The notes beneath the pieces were generated by a model. The model was given only the letters and a program-made list of their open reading frames with translations. It was not told the origin of the DNA and ran no database searches. Positions 57,566-64,000 of a stretch of 64,000 bases of DNA are shown here, one piece after another (positions within the stretch are counted from its first letter, which is position 1; each line of letters opens with the position of its first letter). Location: contig OZ245842.1 in NCBI GenBank assembly GCA_965228895.1, positions 1,696,001 through 1,760,000 of the forward strand. Direction: 5' to 3'. The DNA is from Alphaproteobacteria bacterium (lineage in GTDB: Bacteria > Pseudomonadota > Alphaproteobacteria > SP197). Both the position numbers and the translations under genes were made by a program.

Positions 57566-58572
57566 CCATCGCGCGCTCACGTGTTTTTAACGTGCAGCCT
57601 CTGCCGGGCGCCACGTTCGGCGGCCTTATCGACGTCGACGACATCAACGGGTTTCTGGCGGCGGCTGAAGCCGCGCCCGACGACTTGATGAGCGCCATGA
57701 TCGATGGTCATGGCCTGCTGCTGTTGAAGGGGTTTCAGGCGATCGCCGATGATCCTGGGATGCTGGTGGCGCTCAGCAGACTGTTTGGCGAGGAGGTCGA
57801 GAACTATCGGCTGACCGCGACGGATCAAAACTGCATCCATGCCGATCATCCGGAAATCCTGGTTCTGACCAACCTGCCGCCGTGCGACAAGCAGCCGCCG
57901 GCGAAACCGGAACCGGCCGTGTTGCCGGATGGCGGTTTCCCGCTGCAGTTCCCGCTGCGTCGCGGCTGGCACACCGACCAGAGTTTCCGCCGACCGCCGC
58001 CGGATATCTCGCTCTTCTGTGCGCTGGTGCCGGCGCCCAAAGGGCAGGGGCAGACGCTCTATGCCGACGGCATCGGTGCTTACGAGGCCTTGTCGGACGA
58101 TATGAAGGCGCGGATCGAGCATCTGGAAGGTCTGCACATCATCCCCGGCAGCGGCCGCGCGGAGTACGCCGTGCGCGCCGGCGAGACGCCGCGCGACCTG
58201 GAGCCGCGCGAGGCGCCGCAGTCTCAGCCGGTGGTGCGCGTCCATCCGGTGACCGGCCAGAAAGCGCTCTATCTGTGCGAGGCCGGTCAGATGGACTGGG
58301 TCGAGGGGCCCTTGATCGGCATGGAGCCGGGTATCCATGGCGATGGCGCCAAGCTGCTCTATGACCTCATGGAGCATTTTACGCAGCCGCGCTTTGCCTA
58401 TGCGCACGAGTGGGAAGCCGGTGACCTCATCGTCTACGACAACCGATGCACGATCCACTGCGCCACGTGGTTCGATGCCGAGCAGTACGATCGCGTGATG
58501 TGGCGCACGACCGTCTGGGGTAACCCGGGCCCGCTCTATGACGGCGAAGAACGAAGCTGGATGGTGACATGA
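57562..58572 (+). CDS. TauD/TfdA dioxygenase
   Basis: WHTD, VRVHPVTG, YDNRCTIH; ATGA overlap with the SDR. Confidence 0.88.
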   Translation: MTIARSRVFNVQPLPGATFGGLIDVDDINGFLAAAEAAPDDLMSAMIDGHGLLLLKGFQAIADDPGMLVALSRLFGEEVENYRLTATDQNCIHADHPEILVLTNLPPCDKQPPAKPEPAVLPDGGFPLQFPLRRGWHTDQSFRRPPPDISLFCALVPAPKGQGQTLYADGIGAYEALSDDMKARIEHLEGLHIIPGSGRAEYAVRAGETPRDLEPREAPQSQPVVRVHPVTGQKALYLCEAGQMDWVEGPLIGMEPGIHGDGAKLLYDLMEHFTQPRFAYAHEWEAGDLIVYDNRCTIHCATWFDAEQYDRVMWRTTVWGNPGPLYDGEERSWMVT

Positions 58573-58582
58573 GGGCACAGCG

Positions 58583-59728
58583 ATGAGCGCACCGCGCAAC
58601 CAGCCGGCCTACGACGCCGACGAGATTCTGGACGGCATTCGCGACTGGGTGACGACGGAAAGTCCGACGGTTCATGTCGAGGGCGTCAACCGGATGATGG
58701 ACAAGGCCGAGGAGGCCATGACCCGGCTTGGCGCGACGATCGATCGCCAGCCCGGTATCGACGGCTACGGTGACATCGTCATCGGCCGTGTCGAAGGCCG
58801 GCAGCCGGGACCGGGTGTCCTGGTGCTGGGCCATCTGGATACCGTCCACATGGTCGGCACGCTCGACAACGAATTGCCGTTCCGCCGCGACGGCGATCGC
58901 GTTTACGGTCCGGGTATCTACGATATGAAGGGCGGCATGTTCACCGCCTATTACGCATTGCGCCAGCTCTTGCGCGCCGGTGAGACGCCGGAACTCCCGG
59001 TCACGTTCATGTTCATTTCCGACGAGGAGGTCGGCAGTCCCTCGAACAGGCTGCGCATCGAAGAAATCGCCAACGAGCACAAGTATGTCCTGGTGCCGGA
59101 GCCCGCGAAGGGCGAAACCGGCATGCTTGTCACCGGGCGCTATGCCTTCTTACGCTTTATCGTGCGCGTGCGCGGCAAGCCTGCCCATGCGGGCGCACAG
59201 CTGACCCGAGGCCGCAGCGCCATCGCGGAAATGGCGCAGCAGATCCTCGCCATCGAGGCGATGACTGACAGGGAACGCGGCGTCACCTATAGCGTCGGCG
59301 TTGTAGAGGGCGGCACGTTCGTCAACGTGGTGCCGATTGCGTGCTCGGCCGAAGTCTTGTGCGTCGCGCCGTTCGCCGAAGCCATGGACGAGATCCGCGC
59401 CAACATGGCGTCACTCTCGCCCATCAATCCGGAATGCACAGTCGATGTCGAAGCCGGGCCGGTGCGCCCGCTCTTCGAGCCAAGCGACGCGACACTCGCG
59501 CTTTATGCTGAGGCCGAAAAGATCGCCGGCGAGATCGGCTTTGTACCCGGACACGGCAGCTTCGGCGGCGGCAGTGATGGCAACTTCACCGGCGCTCTCG
59601 GACTGCCGACGCTCGATGGTCTGGGCCTGATGGGCGATGGCGCGCACACCCATGAAGAGCACGTCCTCTATTCGTCGCTGGTGCCGCGCGCGAAACTGTT
59701 GGCGGGTTTGTTCAGGACACTGTCTTAG
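58583..59728 (+). CDS. M20 peptidase, carboxypeptidase G2-like
   Basis: GHLDTV, GPGIYDMKGG, DEEVGS, GGSDGN, AHTHEE. Confidence 0.9.
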   Translation: MSAPRNQPAYDADEILDGIRDWVTTESPTVHVEGVNRMMDKAEEAMTRLGATIDRQPGIDGYGDIVIGRVEGRQPGPGVLVLGHLDTVHMVGTLDNELPFRRDGDRVYGPGIYDMKGGMFTAYYALRQLLRAGETPELPVTFMFISDEEVGSPSNRLRIEEIANEHKYVLVPEPAKGETGMLVTGRYAFLRFIVRVRGKPAHAGAQLTRGRSAIAEMAQQILAIEAMTDRERGVTYSVGVVEGGTFVNVVPIACSAEVLCVAPFAEAMDEIRANMASLSPINPECTVDVEAGPVRPLFEPSDATLALYAEAEKIAGEIGFVPGHGSFGGGSDGNFTGALGLPTLDGLGLMGDGAHTHEEHVLYSSLVPRAKLLAGLFRTLS

Positions 59729-59735
59729 ATCGGCG

Positions 59736-60623
59736 TCAGGCGCCGTTCAGCACGATTCGGCCAGTCTCCGCGACATCGTAGCCGCCCATCTGCTTCGCGC
59801 GTTCGCTAAAGCGTTTGGAGCGAGCGAACCACAAGAGGTCCTGCCACGGTTTATCGAAGAAGTCGTGACGCCCGATGACGAGGTCATAGCGTTCGCGGGC
59901 CAGCGGTACGAAGTCGAGATCGAGCTGTTGGGCGACGGCGGCGACGCCGAAACCGGCGTCGGCGCGATCTTCGGCCACGGCCAGGCCGACCTCGGTCTCG
60001 CTCAAGGCCGGGGCGGCGATGATGTTGAGATCGCTGATCGACAAATCCTGTTCGCTCAACAGGTAGCCGAACAGCAGACGGCTTCCGGCTTCCTGTTGGC
60101 GATCGACAAACCGCGGCTGGTCGGCTCTTAGTGGCTCCAGTCCGGTAATCTGTTTGGGGTTGCCCTTGGCAACGATCAGCCCCTGGTCGCGCCAGGCCCA
60201 GGTCATGGCCACCACCGGGCGACCGGCGAGGGTGCGGTGAAGCGTCGGCAGGTTGTGGTCGCCGCTTGCCGGATCGAAGACATGCAGGCCGCAGGCAACG
60301 GCCTCGCCGTCGGCAAACCGGCGAAGCCCGTCCAGGCTGCCGCCGAACATCAACGCCAAGCCGCAACCGGATTCGCGCACGGCCCAGTCGAGCAGGGGAT
60401 CGTGACTGCCGGCGATGATCGGCGGGGGCGATGCCCGGATTTCCGGATCGCCTTTCTGCGCCAGGTTCTGCACCACCCACAGATCGATAACGGTCTTGGG
60501 GAACAGCCACTTGCCGGTGACCCGCGTGCACGGGATTTTGCCCGTCTTGACGAGGTCATAGACCTTGCGTTCCTTGATGCGCAGATAGGCCGCGACCTCG
60601 CGCGTGTTCATCATGTCCGCCAT
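59736..60623 (-). CDS. Excisionase-type HTH + periplasmic-binding-fold regulator (FdsR/ModE-related)
   Basis: TREVAAYLRIKERKVY, GKWLFP, AGSHDPLL, GSLDGL, RQQEAGSR. Confidence 0.8.
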   Translation of the reverse strand: MADMMNTREVAAYLRIKERKVYDLVKTGKIPCTRVTGKWLFPKTVIDLWVVQNLAQKGDPEIRASPPPIIAGSHDPLLDWAVRESGCGLALMFGGSLDGLRRFADGEAVACGLHVFDPASGDHNLPTLHRTLAGRPVVAMTWAWRDQGLIVAKGNPKQITGLEPLRADQPRFVDRQQEAGSRLLFGYLLSEQDLSISDLNIIAAPALSETEVGLAVAEDRADAGFGVAAVAQQLDLDFVPLARERYDLVIGRHDFFDKPWQDLLWFARSKRFSERAKQMGGYDVAETGRIVLNGA

Positions 60624-60712
60624 GTGTCCGCCGGGGCAGGGGCCAAAAAAGTTGCGCGATGGCCATTTAGATATCACATGGAGCAAGTCAACGAAGCTGC
60701 CTGATGGACGCC

Positions 60713-60913
60713 ATGCGCCTGCTTATTGCTATTTTTCTGCCGTTTTTGCTGTTTTTCACCATTGGCCGCCCCCTTGCCGGGATCATCTGCCTGATTTTGC
60801 AGATCACCCTGATCGGCTGGATTCCCGCCGCGTTGTGGGCGGTCTACGCCTTGAGCCAGTTCCAGACCGACCGCAAGATCGAGGATATGCATCAGTCGGG
60901 GCACCAGCCATGA
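60713..60913 (+). CDS. YqaE/Pmp3 family small membrane protein
   Basis: MRLLIAIFLP...ICLILQITLIGWIPAALWAVY. Confidence 0.8.
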   Translation: MRLLIAIFLPFLLFFTIGRPLAGIICLILQITLIGWIPAALWAVYALSQFQTDRKIEDMHQSGHQP

Positions 60914-61164
60914 AACGCGAATCGCTCCATACGGTCATCAAGCTGCTGATCGCCTCGCTTGTCGTAGGCCTGGTGATGGCGATGGTGAATGTCACGCCGC
61001 TCAGTCTGATCCAGAACCTCGGCGACAATTTCGAGGCGATGTTCAGCGCCTTTGTCAACGCGGCGAGTTGGGCGATCACCTACATCATCATGGGTGCGGT
61101 GATTGTCGTGCCTATCTGGCTCCTGTTCAGGCTGATGGGCGCCAAGAGCAAACGCAGCGGCTAG
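60910..61164 (+). CDS. Small membrane protein (DUF6460-like)
   Basis: KLLIASLVVG...P...YIIMGAVIVVPIWL; ATGA overlap. Confidence 0.7.
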   Translation: MKRESLHTVIKLLIASLVVGLVMAMVNVTPLSLIQNLGDNFEAMFSAFVNAASWAITYIIMGAVIVVPIWLLFRLMGAKSKRSG

Positions 61165-61173
61165 CGCGAGTCG

Positions 61174-61809
61174 TCAATCGACGGTGAAGTGTCTCGGAAA
61201 CAACGCGCTTAGATATGTTCTGAGCGCCCGCATGCCATCGGCGTGCTGATCGGGGCGGGGGTTCAGGTGCTCGGCCAGCCAGAAGCCGAAAAGCATGGCT
61301 TCCAGTCCGTCGATGGCCGCCGTCAGGTCGACATCATAACCGCCGTCATCGTCGACCAGCGTCTCCAGCAGCATGTGCACGTCGTTTCTGTAGCGCCGGT
61401 CCCTTGGTGAGCTCATCTCCCGATAGAGCGTGCTGCCCTTTGCCTCGCCCCAAAACGCATGCCAGACCGACACGTACTGTGGGTAATCATGGACGAACCG
61501 CACATCGTAGCTCAGCAGTCTCAGGAGCCGCTCGCCCGGACTGCCGCTCTCATCGGCAAGCGCGGCGTCCCAGCCGGCGCTGAACTCACCCCCGATGTGG
61601 CGCAAGACCTCGATGTGAAGCTGGTTCTTGGACTTGAAGTGAAACAGCACCAGCGTGCGCGAGACGTCTGCTTGGCGGGCCACCGTGTCGACCGTGCTGC
61701 CACGCAAGCCACGTTTCGCGATGCAGCCAATTGCCGCGTCAATGATCGCTCTTCGGCTGACCTCGCCCTTCATGCGACGTCGGTCGGTTGACTGCTGAGT
61801 CACTGCCAT
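61174..61809 (-). CDS. TetR-family regulator (BetI-like C-terminus)
   Basis: IIDAAIGCIAKRG...VARQADVS..LVLFHFKSK. Confidence 0.88.
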   Translation of the reverse strand: MAVTQQSTDRRRMKGEVSRRAIIDAAIGCIAKRGLRGSTVDTVARQADVSRTLVLFHFKSKNQLHIEVLRHIGGEFSAGWDAALADESGSPGERLLRLLSYDVRFVHDYPQYVSVWHAFWGEAKGSTLYREMSSPRDRRYRNDVHMLLETLVDDDGGYDVDLTAAIDGLEAMLFGFWLAEHLNPRPDQHADGMRALRTYLSALFPRHFTVD

Positions 61810-61850
61810 GTGTGCGGCTTTCTCATGGTCACTATCGTCATCCCATCTTG

Positions 61851-61872
61851 TAACTGACCAGTCAGTCAGTTA
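61851..61872. promoter_or_regulatory. TetR operator candidate
   Basis: TAACTGAC-cagtca-GTCAGTTA, perfect 8-bp arms, between tetR and the divergent SBP gene. Confidence 0.65.
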
Positions 61873-62079
61873 GCGTGATTTCGTACGCGATGGGACTGTA
61901 TGTGTCCAGCATTCGAGCCGTTCGGGGTTGGTTGAACCGTTGAATTTGGCGGCTTGGACTAGCGCAGAACATGAGCCGTCTCAGGGCGAGAAAACTACCG
62001 TCGTCACCTGTAGGGGGCGCAGTGCCATTCCACATGCCCGCCTGTGCGACGACGGTTTTGTGAACACAGGGAGATACAC

Positions 62080-63189
62080 ATGGACATCAACGAGTTTAAG
62101 GACAGGTTAGCGGCTGGCACGTTGACACGCCGTGACCTGAACAAGACACTGGCATCGGCCGGTCTGGCCGCCGTGACGATGCCGTTCGTGTCGGGAACCG
62201 CGAGCGCGGAGGAGCAGGCGATCTACTTCACCTGGGCAGGCTACGACATTCCCGAACTGTTTCCGGCCTATCTCGAGCAACACGGCGCGCCGCCGGATAC
62301 GCCGCTGTTCGGCGATAACGAGGAAACCTTCATCAAGATGAAGTCCGGTTTCCAGGTCGACGTCGCCCATCCCTGCAGCTTCCACGTCGGCCGTTGGCGT
62401 GATGCCGGGATCATCCAGGCGATCGACACCTCACTCCTGTCGAACTGGGGCGATGTCTTCCCCGATCTGCAGTCCTTGACGGGCACCCAGTTCGACGGCG
62501 AGCAATGGTTCGCGCCATTCGATTGGGGACAGACGTCGATCACCTATCGCACCGATCTCGTCGATGTCGATGAAGATTCCTGGGCGCTCCTGTGGGACGA
62601 ACGCTACAAGGGCAAGTTGTCCATGATGGGCGCGGCGGAAGACGCGTGGTGGTGCGCCGCCATCTACGCCGGCGTTGACGTTAACAACGTCACCGACGAA
62701 GACCTGGTCAAGGTACGTGCGCTGCTCGAAGAGCAGCGGCCGTTGCTTCGCTTCTACAACAACGACATGACGACCGTCGAACAGGCGCTTGCGACGGGCG
62801 AGTTGGTCGCCGCCATGACCTGGAACAGCTCACCGCTCGAGCTGACCAACCAGGGCATCCCGGTGAAGTTCATGAACCCGAAAGAAGGCGCTCTGACCTG
62901 GGTGTGCGGCATGGTCCTGGCTTCCGGTGCGCCGCATTACGATAAGGCGCATGACATCATCAACGCCCTGATCGCTCCGGAGCCGGGCATCTTCCTGATC
63001 GAAGAGTACGGTTATGGTCATTCGAACGAGAGAGCGTTCGAGGCCGTTCCCGAAGATGTTCTGCTGGCGCGCGGCTTGTCGAAGAATCCGCTATCGATCC
63101 TTGAGGCCGGCGTCTTCATTCCCAGTGCCAGCCCTGAGATCAATACCAAGATCGAGCGCGACTGGAGCGAGGTCACGGCCGGCTTCTAG
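62080..63189 (+). CDS. Orphan polyamine-type substrate-binding protein (PotD/PotF), Tat signal
   Basis: LTRRDL, FTWAGY, PFDWG, PKEGALTW; RBS AGGGAG. Confidence 0.88.
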   Translation: MDINEFKDRLAAGTLTRRDLNKTLASAGLAAVTMPFVSGTASAEEQAIYFTWAGYDIPELFPAYLEQHGAPPDTPLFGDNEETFIKMKSGFQVDVAHPCSFHVGRWRDAGIIQAIDTSLLSNWGDVFPDLQSLTGTQFDGEQWFAPFDWGQTSITYRTDLVDVDEDSWALLWDERYKGKLSMMGAAEDAWWCAAIYAGVDVNNVTDEDLVKVRALLEEQRPLLRFYNNDMTTVEQALATGELVAAMTWNSSPLELTNQGIPVKFMNPKEGALTWVCGMVLASGAPHYDKAHDIINALIAPEPGIFLIEEYGYGHSNERAFEAVPEDVLLARGLSKNPLSILEAGVFIPSASPEINTKIERDWSEVTAGF

Positions 63190-63211
63190 ATCGGATCGCG
63201 CAGACCACATG

Positions 63212-63250
63212 GAGCGGGTCGGCATCGCCGGCCCGCTCTTTGTCGTTTTG
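63212..63250 (+). terminator. Intrinsic terminator
   Basis: GAGCGGGTCGGC-atc-GCCGGCCCGCTC followed by TTTGTCGTTTT. Confidence 0.7.
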
Positions 63251-63301
63251 CGTCGGAGGCAGGCGCAGCGATCAAGCCACCAAAATCGACCGGACCAAAC
63301 T

Positions 63302-63461
63302 CCCTCTCCCCTTGAGGGAGAGGGCCGGGGTGAGGGGTCTTGCGCGATAGCGCAACCAAATGTGCGGCATGATCAATGGAGTCGGTTCCCCCTCACCCAG
63401 CTCCGTCTAGGGCGCTATCACGCCCAAGTCGGCGCAACCCTTTCCCTCGCTGGGGAGAGGG
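63302..63461. repeat. Alphaproteobacterial REP/RIME-like element
   Basis: CCCTCTCCCCTTGAGGGAGAGGG-CCGGGGTGAGGGG ... CCCCTCACCC ... CCCTTTCCC-TCGCTG-GGGAGAGGG. Confidence 0.75.
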
Positions 63462-63473
63462 GTCGCGTTGATA

Positions 63474-64000
63474 CTAGGCGGCAGTCGCCTGGCGGGCGCG
63501 GCGTTTGCGTTCATGGGGGTCGAGCCAGCGTTTTCTAAGCCGAATTGATTCAGGTGTAACTTCAACCAGCTCGTCCTCGGCAATGTAGGCCATGGCGCGT
63601 TCCAGCGGCATCTTTAGTGGCGGCGTCAACAGCACGGCGTCATCCTTGCCGGACGCGCGCATGTTGGTGAGCTGTTTGGCCTTGAGCGGGTTGACGTCGA
63701 GGTCCTGGCCCTTGTTGTGCTCGCCGATAATCATGCCCTTGTAAACCTTGTCGCCAGGCGAAATGAAGAGGGAACCGCGTTCCTCGAGGTTCCACAGAGC
63801 ATAGGCGACGGCGCTGCCCTGTTCGGCGGAAATCAGCGTGCCGACACGGCGGCCGGGCAGATCGCCCTTGTAGGGCGCGTAGCCGTGGTAAAGGCGGTTC
63901 ATGATGCCGGTGCCGCGGGTGTCGGTCATGAATTCGTTGTGGTAGCCGATCAGGCTGCGCGACGGGACGAGGAAAACCAGTCGGGTCTTGCCACCGCCCG
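63474..64000 (-). CDS. typA: Translational GTPase TypA/BipA, 3' part
   Basis: PSRSLIGY, TDTRGTGIMN, KQLTNMRASGKDDA, EDELVEVTPESIRLRK; frame open to the window end. Confidence 0.95.
   Translation of the reverse strand, partial: GGGKTRLVFLVPSRSLIGYHNEFMTDTRGTGIMNRLYHGYAPYKGDLPGRRVGTLISAEQGSAVAYALWNLEERGSLFISPGDKVYKGMIIGEHNKGQDLDVNPLKAKQLTNMRASGKDDAVLLTPPLKMPLERAMAYIAEDELVEVTPESIRLRKRWLDPHERKRRARQATAA

Noticed and set aside
59736-61164. Prophage or integrative element suggested by the excisionase-type HTH
   Set aside because: The HTH is fused to a PBP sensor domain; no integrase, att sites or phage genes.

Overview
GC-rich (roughly 63-65% by eye) bacterial chromosome segment, most consistent with a marine alphaproteobacterium (Rhodospirillales-like; inferred from gene content and REP-type repeats). 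Bases 1-11220 hold two tandem paralogous RTX/type-I-secretion-type surface proteins. They share an N-terminal FecR/retention-like module and a C-terminal head; the first carries exactly 21 x 291-bp acidic Ig/cadherin-like repeats and the second carries none. The rest is mostly catabolic. It includes a cysQ-sua5-FAD oxidase operon and a deacetylase-M20-amidohydrolase-higBA-amidohydrolase-budA operon, whose two amidohydrolases have altered metal ligands and flank a self-promoted toxin-antitoxin module. There is also a guanidino/arginine cluster (aruI, DDAH-like enzyme, polyamine-type ABC, gbuA), a CoA-ester/caiD cluster, a second TauD/deacetylase/amidohydrolase/M20 cluster, several regulators with visible operators, and the 3' end of typA. 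No rRNA, tRNA, CRISPR, transposase or prophage was seen. All product calls come from motif recognition by eye, not database searches.
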